DNA of 64,000 bases. Origin: a virus. The translations under genes were made by a program, and so were the position numbers. Below the pieces are notes generated by a model. That model was not told where the DNA came from, did no database searches, and saw only the letters and a program-made list of their open reading frames with translations. Below, piece after piece: positions 19,473-28,772 of this stretch. Position 1 is the first letter of the stretch. Each line of letters starts with the position of its first letter. The stretch covers positions 64,001 through 128,000 of the IMG/VR virus record IMGVR_UViG_3300027749_000040. One strand, given 5' to 3'.

Positions 19473-20024
19473 ATGAAGAAAATTTTAACAATCTTGGCAC
19501 TAGCCACTTTCGGTACTGCGTTCGCCGCAGATTATGTATCTGTTGATGTTGATGCAGTGACAGGTCTTAAAGGTGCAAAAGACAGCACAGCACAATATGT
19601 TCGTGCAGGTAAAAGCTTCGGTGACTATCAATTAAGTTTACAGTCTCGCACTGCTAACTTCAAAACTGGTGGTTTAGTAAACAGCACAGAAGTAACAGCC
19701 GCAAATAACAAAATTGGCTTTGCAAGTATTACACCATTCATTGGTGTTGGTCATGACAATGGCTTCAATGGTGTTAAGGGTTCTTCTTACACATACGGTC
19801 TAGTTGGTGCTACTGCTGGTCTACCAGTTGGCCCAGGCTTTGCACTAGTTGGTGTTAAGACACGTGTAGGTAGTGATGAGCGTACTCGCACTAAGCAGAC
19901 TTTGGCATTTGCTACTTATAGCGTTCCAATTGTAAAGAATGTTGCAATCGAATTGAATGCAAGCAAAAGCTATGAGACTATCCAAGAAAACGCTTTTGGC
20001 CTAGGTCTAAAAGTTAGTTTCTAA
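19473..20024 (+). CDS. Outer-membrane beta-barrel protein
   Basis: Sec signal peptide (AFA-A), amphipathic beta strands, terminal GLGLKVSF; AAGGAA RBS. Confidence 0.75.
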   Translation: MKKILTILALATFGTAFAADYVSVDVDAVTGLKGAKDSTAQYVRAGKSFGDYQLSLQSRTANFKTGGLVNSTEVTAANNKIGFASITPFIGVGHDNGFNGVKGSSYTYGLVGATAGLPVGPGFALVGVKTRVGSDERTRTKQTLAFATYSVPIVKNVAIELNASKSYETIQENAFGLGLKVSF

Positions 20025-20039
20025 TCAAAGATTAGTGAT

Positions 20040-20061
20040 AAAAGGCTCTTTGGAGCCTTTT
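20040..20061. terminator. Rho-independent terminator
   Basis: AAAAGGCTC-TTTG-GAGCCTTTT. Confidence 0.75.
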
Positions 20062-20077
20062 ACCATATAAATACTGG

Positions 20078-21067
20078 ATGTATTTTACACTCAGCCATAC
20101 TCGGTCTGCTCTACCATTTCACTTGCAAATAAATGATTTATGGTTGTCCACTTCACACAAACCTAGAAGTTATGGGTACAGATTGGGTGAATGCGGCGGT
20201 GACTATGTAAATTTCAATGAGTCCGGGATTGAATTCTCATTTCACAAAGACTTTAAGCTATACAAGAATGATGATATTCTGTTGACTAATTTAAAGATTG
20301 ATGGTGAAGAATTACCAAGTGACATACTTTATTTTGATTATATTGATAGAAAGCCCATACAATATACACAGCGCATTGGTTCAGAAATAGGATATACTTC
20401 AGTACTTACCCGCGTCTATGAAATCTTACTAGAAAACTTGAGAACATGCTATAAGCTAGGTGCAAACAAGATTGCGTACACTGCTGGTTTAGATAGCAGT
20501 ACACTTGCATATATTACAGAATATCATCAACGAATGTTTGAATGCGTTATTGATAAAACATATGAAGGTCGATTTAATAATTTACCATTCAAACATATCA
20601 TGTACGAAACAAGACAAGCCAGACCAAATGATGATATTGATTACGGGGAGTATGTAAGAGACAGCTTTTATCAGCATGACAAACTAATTACAGGATTTTA
20701 CGGAGACTTAACTGTAGTACATAACGGTGACATGTACAATCAAGCTAAGAGATTGTATGAGACACAACTACCTTTATATGATCCCAAAGAACCCAATGAT
20801 TATATTCCTTTTAATGGCAAGGAGGATATAATCAATGCTATCTATTACACCAACACTCATACGTATTTTAGACATTGGTTTCCTGACTTTCAAATACTAG
20901 ACCCATATCGTGATCCTAGATTGTTTGAAATGATTTGTAGACTAGACACAACAGATTTGATCGAACAAATAGGTACGGGCAAAATACAAAAGAACATCAT
21001 TGGCTCATTTAATAAAGAATGGGTTAACAACTTATGTGATATAAAGAATAACTATGACAAATTCTAA
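20078..21067 (+). CDS. Divergent asparagine-synthetase-like (PP-loop) protein
   Basis: IAYTAGLDSS resembles SGGxDS; ITGFYGD; DPYRD. Confidence 0.5.
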   Translation: MYFTLSHTRSALPFHLQINDLWLSTSHKPRSYGYRLGECGGDYVNFNESGIEFSFHKDFKLYKNDDILLTNLKIDGEELPSDILYFDYIDRKPIQYTQRIGSEIGYTSVLTRVYEILLENLRTCYKLGANKIAYTAGLDSSTLAYITEYHQRMFECVIDKTYEGRFNNLPFKHIMYETRQARPNDDIDYGEYVRDSFYQHDKLITGFYGDLTVVHNGDMYNQAKRLYETQLPLYDPKEPNDYIPFNGKEDIINAIYYTNTHTYFRHWFPDFQILDPYRDPRLFEMICRLDTTDLIEQIGTGKIQKNIIGSFNKEWVNNLCDIKNNYDKF

Positions 21068-21752
21068 AACAATCATTTCATACAACGGCGGCAGTGCAGG
21101 AGACATGTTTACCTTATCATGTAACGGTAGGCCCTTATTAGGATTAACTAATTTAAGAGTAGTACAACCCTCTACACTAAAAGAATACGAAGCATTAATT
21201 CAAAAAGATTTGCCTGCTAACCTAGATGAGGAATTAAATAAAATTGATTATCAATATGCAAGCACTCATTTGCTTGATGAAATAGTTGATAAAGGATTTG
21301 ATGTATATAACATTATCATCAATGATCCTGCGGTACAGTCATATGCTGTCTATAGACAGATGCAAATTCAAAAACTACGTATCATTGTTAACCATGACCA
21401 TATTTGGTTTAATACTGTCAAAAATTTTTGTTTGAACAAAGAGTATGAATCAGCCGCAATATATTGGTTTGACAATGCTAAGAAAATTTGGTTAGACAGA
21501 ATGGCATATAGAATCAAATTTACTAAAGCAAAACAATTAAACTTCAACAAATTGTTTACCAATGACTTTGTACATGATTTGACTATTCAAGGTTGGACAC
21601 ACAACTTGTCAATGCTTGTACCTAATCACAATAAATGGTTAAGAGAGAATGGTAAGTTCTCATACCAAAAAACAATTGAGATGATGCGTCTGAAATTGTC
21701 AACTATGAATTGGAATCAATCTGATGGTTGGATTGAGTTTGTACCCAAATAA
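21054..21752 (+). CDS. Hypothetical protein
   Basis: Overlaps upstream gene; N-terminal YNGGSAGD similar to YYIGARGD of 36276. Confidence 0.6.
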   Translation: MTNSKTIISYNGGSAGDMFTLSCNGRPLLGLTNLRVVQPSTLKEYEALIQKDLPANLDEELNKIDYQYASTHLLDEIVDKGFDVYNIIINDPAVQSYAVYRQMQIQKLRIIVNHDHIWFNTVKNFCLNKEYESAAIYWFDNAKKIWLDRMAYRIKFTKAKQLNFNKLFTNDFVHDLTIQGWTHNLSMLVPNHNKWLRENGKFSYQKTIEMMRLKLSTMNWNQSDGWIEFVPK

Positions 21753-21756
21753 TTGC

Positions 21757-21785
21757 TTGACAAAATATCTAAACTATGATATCAT
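21757..21785 (+). promoter_or_regulatory. Sigma70-type early promoter
   Basis: TTGACA-17-TATCAT with TG extension; ATG 6 nt downstream. Confidence 0.7.
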
Positions 21786-21791
21786 ACAGGT

Positions 21792-22046
21792 ATGAAAATT
21801 GAAAAAGCACTTGATTGGGACAAAGTTAGTACTCAGATACAGAAGCAGATGACTGCCGCTGGATACAACCCTGATTTGACTAGAATGCTAAAAAACATTG
21901 ACACAATGGTCACTGAATTGAGCAAACTTGAGGTGACTTTCCGTAGAATTCACAAGTCTAATATGACTGATGACAAAGTTGCAGAGATAAACAAGGCAAT
22001 TGATCACCTTGAGAAGTTAGTTTTGATGGCAAATTTAATGAAGTAA
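21792..22046 (+). CDS. Hypothetical helical protein
   Basis: ORF directly downstream of promoter. Confidence 0.7.
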   Translation: MKIEKALDWDKVSTQIQKQMTAAGYNPDLTRMLKNIDTMVTELSKLEVTFRRIHKSNMTDDKVAEINKAIDHLEKLVLMANLMK

Positions 22047-22048
22047 AT

Positions 22049-22092
22049 TTGACAATAAATCGTTTTGGGTATATAATAGAGTCTTATTCAGT
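22049..22092 (+). promoter_or_regulatory. Sigma70 early promoter cassette
   Basis: TTGACAATAAAT...TATAATAGAGTCTTATTCAGT, 17-nt spacer. Confidence 0.85.
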
Positions 22093-22104
22093 TGAAAGGC
22101 ATCT

Positions 22105-22359
22105 ATGAAATTCAATGCAAACGCAGTGAGTACTTTGTACTTCAGAATCTCAGTTAAAAAACGGCCCTATAGTGATGAAGAAATTTGTTTATTAATTAGT
22201 GCAAGTGACTATACTAAGACAAATGACAAAGGTAAAATCATGTTAGGTAAAACTCTTTATTTCAGAGAATTACCTCTTTTTACAGAACAAGCAAGTATTG
22301 ACGCAAATGTTGCCCAGATATGCAAAGTTAATAACTTCTCTGTTGCCCAAGTGTTGTAA
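22105..22359 (+). CDS. Hypothetical protein
   Basis: GAAAGG RBS, follows promoter cassette. Confidence 0.7.
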   Translation: MKFNANAVSTLYFRISVKKRPYSDEEICLLISASDYTKTNDKGKIMLGKTLYFRELPLFTEQASIDANVAQICKVNNFSVAQVL

Positions 22360-22390
22360 TAACACAACACGCCCATAATGTCTAAATAAT

Positions 22391-22419
22391 TTGACAATAA
22401 ATCATTTCTCTGTTATACT
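22391..22419 (+). promoter_or_regulatory. Sigma70 early promoter
   Basis: TTGACAATAAAT, 17-nt spacer, TG-T-TATACT. Confidence 0.8.
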
Positions 22420-22464
22420 ATCTTTTCTTTCTGTTAAACACAAATTTTTTTCTAGGAGCATTTA

Positions 22465-23568
22465 ATGGCATCGCAAATTTCTGACAATCTGACTATCACT
22501 TCTGTCCAAGCACGTAAGGCAATGCTTACTGCATTTAAAGCAAAACGGCCCCTGTTCATATGGGGTCCGCCCGGCATTGGTAAATCTGATGTTGTTGCTG
22601 AGGTAACTCAGGAACTGAAAGGTCATATGATTGACTTGCGTATGGCACAAATGGAACCCACTGACATTCGTGGTATCCCGTTCTATAACAAAGACAAAAA
22701 CGTTATGGAATTTGCACCCCCAATTGACTTGCCTAGCGAAGAACTTGCAAGCAAGTATCCCATTGTTGTTTTGTTTCTTGATGAAATGAATTCGGCACCC
22801 CCAGCTGTTCAGGCTGCAGGTTATCAACTTATTTTGAACCGTCGCATCGGCAAGTATGTCTTGCCAGATAATGTCGTTATCGTTGCGGCAGGTAATCGTG
22901 ACAGTGACAAAGGTGTTACATATCGTATGCCAATGCCCCTTGCTAATCGTTTCTTACACTTGGAAATGCGCCCTGATTTTACATCATGGCAGAACTGGGC
23001 GGTGAACAAAGGCATTCACAAAGACGTTGTTGGTTACTTGAGTTTTGCAAAACAAGATTTGTACGACTTTGACTCTAAGAGTGCAAGTCGTGCGTTTGCT
23101 ACACCTCGTTCATGGTGTTTCGTATCTGACTTGTTACAAGATGAAGACAATATCGACACCGATACATTGTTCAACTTGGTAGCAGGTTCAGTTGGTGAAG
23201 GTCTTGCAGTTAAGTTTGCGGCACACCGCAAGATTTCAGGTCGTATGCCCGAACCTTCTGCTATCTTGAATGGTAAGGTTAAGGACCTTGCGGTAAAAGA
23301 AATTTCTGCTATGTACTCACTGACTATTTCAATGTGTTACGAATTGCGTGATGCAATTGAAAACAAGAAAGTAGATAACAAGAAGTTCCACGAAATGGCT
23401 GATAACTTTTTCAGCTATATCATGGCAAACTTTGAAACTGAATTAGTTGTAATGGGTGCAAAGATCGCACTGAAGACATACAAGTTGCCAATTGAGCCCA
23501 GTCAGTTGAAGAACTTTGATGATTTCCACAAGAAGTACGGTAAGTACATCGTGGAGGCTGGTAACTGA
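22465..23568 (+). CDS. MoxR-like AAA+ ATPase
   Basis: Walker A GPPGIGKS, Walker B LFLDEMN, AAGN sensor, LANRF arginine finger. Confidence 0.9.
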   Translation: MASQISDNLTITSVQARKAMLTAFKAKRPLFIWGPPGIGKSDVVAEVTQELKGHMIDLRMAQMEPTDIRGIPFYNKDKNVMEFAPPIDLPSEELASKYPIVVLFLDEMNSAPPAVQAAGYQLILNRRIGKYVLPDNVVIVAAGNRDSDKGVTYRMPMPLANRFLHLEMRPDFTSWQNWAVNKGIHKDVVGYLSFAKQDLYDFDSKSASRAFATPRSWCFVSDLLQDEDNIDTDTLFNLVAGSVGEGLAVKFAAHRKISGRMPEPSAILNGKVKDLAVKEISAMYSLTISMCYELRDAIENKKVDNKKFHEMADNFFSYIMANFETELVVMGAKIALKTYKLPIEPSQLKNFDDFHKKYGKYIVEAGN

Positions 23569-23586
23569 TTCAGTTACTAGTTTTAC

Positions 23587-23619
23587 AGGGTGAGTGTAGC
23601 AATATGCTCACCCTTTTTT
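23587..23619 (+). terminator. Rho-independent terminator
   Basis: AGGGTGAG...CTCACCCT followed by a T tract. Confidence 0.75.
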
Positions 23620-23632
23620 AATAAGGAACAAT

Positions 23633-23785
23633 ATGACAGGAAAAAAGTATTTCTACGCATTGGGACAAAGTGCCCGAGCAAAAGGTTTGACTAAGGATCA
23701 AGGAATAGAATTCTATTGTATCGATGCCGGACTACCTTACGCACGTATTGCGTTTGACGCTGGATTTCGAGGCTTGTCAATTTGA
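23633..23785 (+). CDS. 50-aa peptide, possible Rmf/CrpP-like fold (not in ORF track)
   Basis: TAAGGAA RBS; MTGKKYFYALGQSARAKG...IAFDAGFRGLSI. Confidence 0.6.
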   Translation: MTGKKYFYALGQSARAKGLTKDQGIEFYCIDAGLPYARIAFDAGFRGLSI

Positions 23786-23810
23786 CAATAAATCAACAAT
23801 GTGTTATAAT
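23782..23810 (+). promoter_or_regulatory. Sigma70 early promoter
   Basis: TTGACAATAAAT, 17-nt spacer, TATAAT. Confidence 0.85.
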
Positions 23811-23836
23811 ATAACATATTCTGAAAAGGACCTAAT

Positions 23837-25105
23837 ATGAGCGAAGTAATTGACAAATCAAAATCTAAGAAAAAACGTAGTGCTAAATTTGAGAATCTTG
23901 TAGGTACTACTGACCCAAAGATTGATGCACTCGCACGTGAACGATTAGTAACAGCACGTATTGGTTTGTTGTTGCGTCAATCATTTTTTGGTAATCTTGC
24001 AACTCGTTTGCAATTAGTTAATGCCGATGAGTGGTGTAGTACAGCGGCAACAGACGGCTTAAAGTTCTATTACAATAGCCGCTTCATTATGATGTTGAAG
24101 CCCAAAGAAGTTGAATTCTTAGTAGGTCATGAGGTCCTTCATGTTGTTTACGATCATATAGGTCGTAGAGGTGATCGTGATCCTCAAATCTGGAACATTG
24201 CAGATGATTATGTTGTTAATGCTGACTTGAAACGTCACAAGATTGGTCAATTCATTACCACAGTACCTTGCTTGTACGAACAAAAGTATGATGGCAAATC
24301 GGCTGAGGAAGTATATGATGACTTGATGAAAAATGTTCAAAAAATATCTATTGAAGATTTACTTGATCAAATGATTGATGATCATATGGATGGTGACGGC
24401 GATGGTGACGGTGATAATGAAGGCAAAGGCAAGCGCCCTAAGATGTCTCCTGAAGAACGTGAACGTATGCGTCAGGAAGTTAAGCAAGCGATTATCAATG
24501 CCGCACAAAGTGCAGAAGCAGGTCAACTACCCTTAGGTGTTGAACGATTGATTAAGCAAGCAGTTGACCCAGTTATGCCTTGGCGTGAACTAATTCAAAC
24601 AAACTTGACCAGTGCTATTCGCACAGACTATAGTTGGATGCGACCCTCACGTAGAGGCTGGCACATGGATGCTATCATGCCCGGCATGACTCCCGGTGAA
24701 GAGATTGATGTAGTTGTTGCTATTGACATGAGTGGTTCTATTAGCAATAGTCAAGCACAAGCATTCTTGGGTGAGATCGGTGGTATGATGGATAGTTTTG
24801 ATGGTTATAAGGTTCATGTATTTTGTTTTGATACTGAGACATATAACCCACAAGACTTCACTAGTGAAAATCTTGATTCAATTGACTCATACGAACCGAT
24901 GGGCGGTGGTGGTACTGACTTTGATAGCATCTTTGATTACTTGAAGAAAGTAGGCAACGTGCCCAATCGATTGATTTGTTTCACTGACGGCTACCCCTGT
25001 GGTAGTTGGGGTGATCCAGACTATTGTGATACAACTTGGATCATTCACGGTGACCCTAATCCAAATCCCCCATTCGGTACATATGCGCTTTATGATGACA
25101 AATGA
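23837..25105 (+). CDS. HExxH metallopeptidase-like plus VWA domain protein (DUF2201-type), likely partner of the MoxR ATPase
   Basis: TAATDG, HEVLH, MIDAS DMSGS, GGGGTDF, FTDG. Confidence 0.85.
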   Translation: MSEVIDKSKSKKKRSAKFENLVGTTDPKIDALARERLVTARIGLLLRQSFFGNLATRLQLVNADEWCSTAATDGLKFYYNSRFIMMLKPKEVEFLVGHEVLHVVYDHIGRRGDRDPQIWNIADDYVVNADLKRHKIGQFITTVPCLYEQKYDGKSAEEVYDDLMKNVQKISIEDLLDQMIDDHMDGDGDGDGDNEGKGKRPKMSPEERERMRQEVKQAIINAAQSAEAGQLPLGVERLIKQAVDPVMPWRELIQTNLTSAIRTDYSWMRPSRRGWHMDAIMPGMTPGEEIDVVVAIDMSGSISNSQAQAFLGEIGGMMDSFDGYKVHVFCFDTETYNPQDFTSENLDSIDSYEPMGGGGTDFDSIFDYLKKVGNVPNRLICFTDGYPCGSWGDPDYCDTTWIIHGDPNPNPPFGTYALYDDK

Positions 25106-25230
25106 TCATGGAACTCTTACTTGAAATTATCGGGTATGGATTTATTGTATTAGTACTAATGGCAGTGTTGTATACTTTTGTTATGTTGCTAACCAAAGCT
25201 TTACAGACATTAACCAACAATGATGATTAA
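25102..25230 (+). CDS. 42-aa single-pass membrane peptide (not in ORF track)
   Basis: ATGA overlap with previous stop; hydrophobic IIGYGFIVLVLMAVLYTFVMLL. Confidence 0.55.
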   Translation: MIMELLLEIIGYGFIVLVLMAVLYTFVMLLTKALQTLTNNDD

Positions 25231-25465
25231 GTCTAGTGAAGAAATAATCATCTACGAAAGTCCAGATGGTGGCAAGACGGTCTACTCACGCAAGAGTGGA
25301 TCGTCTGACAGAACCATGGTAAAAGAAGACAACTCAAAAAATCATATCACTAGATGGTATGAATGGCGAGAGATTCTTAAATTAGCAGAAACAGAACCGT
25401 CATTAGCAGATTCAATCAACAAAGCAGAGATAGTATATGCCCTCGTTAAGAAAGAACAAAACTAA
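25220..25465 (+). CDS. Hypothetical phage protein
   Basis: IYESPDGGKTVYSR; operonic position. Confidence 0.7.
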   Translation: MMIKSSEEIIIYESPDGGKTVYSRKSGSSDRTMVKEDNSKNHITRWYEWREILKLAETEPSLADSINKAEIVYALVKKEQN

Positions 25466-25814
25466 ACATTATCTAGCAATGTGGGATATGCTGGGTCTTG
25501 AATGTTTATTTGATGTTGACAAACATATGAACGAACATAATGCATGGGAAAAAGAAAAGATTGTTGCTATTCTTAAAGAATCAACAACATATCCATTAAA
25601 GCCTGCAGGCATTCCTTTGCAAATGATGCTCCTTCGTGCTAGGGTTAATAGTCAACGTGCCTATGAGATTTATGAATTCAATAGCACAATGGCTTATGAT
25701 GAATTGAAAGAAGCGTTCAATGACAATCCGCAACCCATTGTTGAATGGATTAGAAATAATGGTAAAAAAGTTTATAGTGATTATCTTAAACAAGATAGAA
25801 AGATGATTGTATGA
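25437..25814 (+). CDS. Hypothetical protein
   Basis: Operonic overlap with both neighbours. Confidence 0.65.
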   Translation: MPSLRKNKTKHYLAMWDMLGLECLFDVDKHMNEHNAWEKEKIVAILKESTTYPLKPAGIPLQMMLLRARVNSQRAYEIYEFNSTMAYDELKEAFNDNPQPIVEWIRNNGKKVYSDYLKQDRKMIV

Positions 25815-26221
25815 TGTATATTGGTACAAGTTTGGGTAGATGTTTGCGTAGTATCTTGTTAGGTGAAGTGTCCGAGGATGATGTTTTATTGATTATTACT
25901 CGCACTATGACTCCTGATTTAGAAGGATTTATTATGGTAGTAAAACAATATTACGATGACGGTAACTACTCCTCATATCAACCGCATGAATATGACCTTT
26001 CGGTCAAATCTTGGGAAGAAGTAGAAGCACTTGCAACAGATTTATATACTACTGGCAAGATTCATCAACCTAGAAACTTTGCAACTTTGGGTAGTCAGTT
26101 CATTCACCCCGGTCTACGCAATGATATTTGGATAGAGGTATCTCCTAAAAATCGTAATACTACACCTGCAGTAGTTGAAGCATATGAAAAATTCAAGGTG
26201 CTGGATGCACTAACAAAATGA
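25811..26221 (+). CDS. Hypothetical protein
   Basis: ATGA-coupled. Confidence 0.7.
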   Translation: MMYIGTSLGRCLRSILLGEVSEDDVLLIITRTMTPDLEGFIMVVKQYYDDGNYSSYQPHEYDLSVKSWEEVEALATDLYTTGKIHQPRNFATLGSQFIHPGLRNDIWIEVSPKNRNTTPAVVEAYEKFKVLDALTK

Positions 26222-26466
26222 TAGAATATGAAGTTGATCCTGTAGTATGGTTTGCTGAACGACAACTTGATTATCCTCCTGTACATTTTGTTTCGGTATC
26301 CACTCCATTGAATTCAGAATCAAAACAATGGATATTGAATAAGTTGCGTGGTAGATTTGCTGTTACAGTAGATACTACTGATTTTTTATTTAACATGGAT
26401 TCATTGGGATGTGTCAGTTTTGAAGATCCCAAAGAAGCTACACTTTTTGAATTGACATGGTCATGA
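26218..26466 (+). CDS. Small hypothetical protein (FE..EA..F.LxW family)
   Basis: C-terminal SFEDPKEATLFELTWS. Confidence 0.7.
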   Translation: MIEYEVDPVVWFAERQLDYPPVHFVSVSTPLNSESKQWILNKLRGRFAVTVDTTDFLFNMDSLGCVSFEDPKEATLFELTWS

Positions 26467-27695
26467 AAAAATTATTAACTAGTTTATTACTTTTACTTTT
26501 AATATTAACTGGATGCGGAGGGGGAGGGGCAACGCCTAATAGTAATCCTGTTGATCCGATACCTGTTAAACCTCAACCAATATCTCAATTTAACCCCCCG
26601 GCAACAATCCCCACTGATAAGTTTAGATTAGCCCGAATAGATTATAGATATGATACCCCTATCGATAATAAAGACATAAACGGGTATCACACTACATCAT
26701 ATGAATCTGTAAAACCAACTTTAAACAGAATTAAAGAAATAGGTTTTAATGGAGTTATTGTTCAACTACAAACACCTGTTAACAAATATACCGGACTTGT
26801 AAGTTTAAATGACCAGCCTACCGATAATAAAACTATTCCTAAAGATATTTGGAAGTTGGTTGATTATGCAAAATCTCAAGGATTATATGTTTGGATATCC
26901 TTAAGAATTGTAGATAGTGTAACAGATGTAGAACTGACACCTGACTTTAAAAAATATACTGAACAACAAATGTTTAATAGTATCATTGCTTATCAGAAAA
27001 ATATTGCAACTATTGCTCAACAACATGCGGTAGATGGAATATTTATAAGTGAGGGTAATAGTAACTTAGAATCATATGACCATTTATTTTATTGGCAACA
27101 ATTAATCTCTGAATTAAGAAAAGTTTATTTTGGTAAATTATCGTATGCTAGTGGGTTGCTTGAACAAACTGCAATATGGAATCATGTTGACTATGCAAGT
27201 TTTTATTTAAATGGGGGTTTATCAAAGACTCCCGTATATGACTTAAAAACAATTGTTAATTTATACACAAATGATGTATATAGTATAAATCAAATACAAA
27301 GGATAAAAGATATTTATATGGTATATGGTAAAAAATTTATTATAACAACATTACCTTTAATGTCAGACACTGGTGTTGGTATGGTGCCTGTTGGATTTTG
27401 GGATATGATGATTAGTAATATTTGGACAACTCAAAAACAAAATATTAATCCACAAATACAATTGTTAAAAATTCAAGCATTCCTTGAAGTGATACATCGC
27501 AGTATACCTGACATTACAGCCGGCGTTGCATTTGGTGAGTTTAGCCCTTGGTTAGAAGAAGTTAATTTTAGTAAACCAGAGAATCCGGTATATATATATT
27601 ATTGCTGTGGAATGAATTTGTCTAACAATTTAGATGCCCAAAAAACACTAAATTTTTACTTTAGTAAGCCCTGGGGCTACTCTACACTACAATAA
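26463..27695 (+). CDS. Lipoprotein with TIM-barrel glycoside-hydrolase-like (GH113-like) domain
   Basis: MKKLL...LTGC lipobox; IKEIGFNGV, AKSQGLYV, WQQLISELRKVYFGKLSYA. Confidence 0.55.
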   Translation: MKKLLTSLLLLLLILTGCGGGGATPNSNPVDPIPVKPQPISQFNPPATIPTDKFRLARIDYRYDTPIDNKDINGYHTTSYESVKPTLNRIKEIGFNGVIVQLQTPVNKYTGLVSLNDQPTDNKTIPKDIWKLVDYAKSQGLYVWISLRIVDSVTDVELTPDFKKYTEQQMFNSIIAYQKNIATIAQQHAVDGIFISEGNSNLESYDHLFYWQQLISELRKVYFGKLSYASGLLEQTAIWNHVDYASFYLNGGLSKTPVYDLKTIVNLYTNDVYSINQIQRIKDIYMVYGKKFIITTLPLMSDTGVGMVPVGFWDMMISNIWTTQKQNINPQIQLLKIQAFLEVIHRSIPDITAGVAFGEFSPWLEEVNFSKPENPVYIYYCCGMNLSNNLDAQKTLNFYFSKPWGYSTLQ

Positions 27696-27755
27696 AAAAT
27701 ATTTGATTGATTAATATCAGTTAAATATCTTTATCATATCTGATAGGAGATTATT

Positions 27756-28418
27756 ATGTTTACACGACATGTAGGAAAACAAGGCGACCGAAAAGTTGCA
27801 GTAGTATTTCGAGAAGTGCCCGGCGAACCTCACATGTGTTTGGTTGTTCATACTGAATTATTGAACCAGCACATACACGACCCATTGATTCAATGTATTG
27901 AGAGTGACATTGGTCAAAACAGCGAACACTTAGCAGACGCATTAAATCGCACTCACACCAAAGACGGTAGAATTATTCTTCAAGTGTTGCATGGTGAAGG
28001 ACAATTAAAGAAAGTTCAAACAAGTCAGATTTTAATGACACCCTCACCTAACCAATCTATTCGATTAAATGAATTGAATACAATTTTGGATGAAATGAAA
28101 CAAGGTGAGAGTGCAGTTAAGCGTTTACAAGAATTGGACAATAGCCGCGGAATGCAAGATCCGGCTGATGTAGTTCGTAGGATGCGTGGTAATCAAGCCC
28201 CAGTTGTGCCATCAGGTGATTTACTCGGTGATGCATCACTTGCAAAACAAAGACTTGAGCAAGCACAAAAAATGGAACGTGAGGCAAAAGGATTATTAGC
28301 AGAAGCACAACGATTGACTGAAGAGGCTAAAAGTCTTGACCCTTCGGTAATATCTGTACCTTCGGTTGAAGTGAAACCAACTAAAGCAAAAAAAGCAAGA
28401 GCAAAAGTTAGTGTCTAA
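27756..28418 (+). CDS. Hypothetical protein with C-terminal coiled coil
   Basis: AGGAG RBS; TAAATA motif upstream. Confidence 0.75.
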   Translation: MFTRHVGKQGDRKVAVVFREVPGEPHMCLVVHTELLNQHIHDPLIQCIESDIGQNSEHLADALNRTHTKDGRIILQVLHGEGQLKKVQTSQILMTPSPNQSIRLNELNTILDEMKQGESAVKRLQELDNSRGMQDPADVVRRMRGNQAPVVPSGDLLGDASLAKQRLEQAQKMEREAKGLLAEAQRLTEEAKSLDPSVISVPSVEVKPTKAKKARAKVSV

Positions 28419-28714
28419 TGTCACCAGAATTCATCCACAAATGGGAACATATTCTTGAAGATGTAGAAAAGAATAAAATACCTGTAGAATTTATTAAGAA
28501 GCTTATCATCAAACTTCAAGGTAAGAAACAACAGACTATTAATATTCAAAAATTTCTATCACAAGGATTAAACCCGGACGATATAGAAGAAGCAGTTAGT
28601 CGCAAACTAGATGAATTGGATGACATGATAGTGAGTGTAGAATTCGTGCTGAATGTTCAAAGTATTGCAGACACCGTACAACCAGAAACTGATCGGCTAC
28701 TAGGTAAACTTTAA
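28418..28714 (+). CDS. Hypothetical protein
   Basis: TAATG-coupled. Confidence 0.7.
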   Translation: MSPEFIHKWEHILEDVEKNKIPVEFIKKLIIKLQGKKQQTINIQKFLSQGLNPDDIEEAVSRKLDELDDMIVSVEFVLNVQSIADTVQPETDRLLGKL

Positions 28715-28722
28715 TCCAATCA

Positions 28723-28748
28723 AAAAGCCCTGAATATTCGGGGCTTTT
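28723..28748. terminator. Rho-independent terminator
   Basis: AAAAGCCCTGAA-TA-TTCGGGGCTTTT. Confidence 0.75.
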
Positions 28749-28772
28749 CTCATTACATGATATAATATAACC

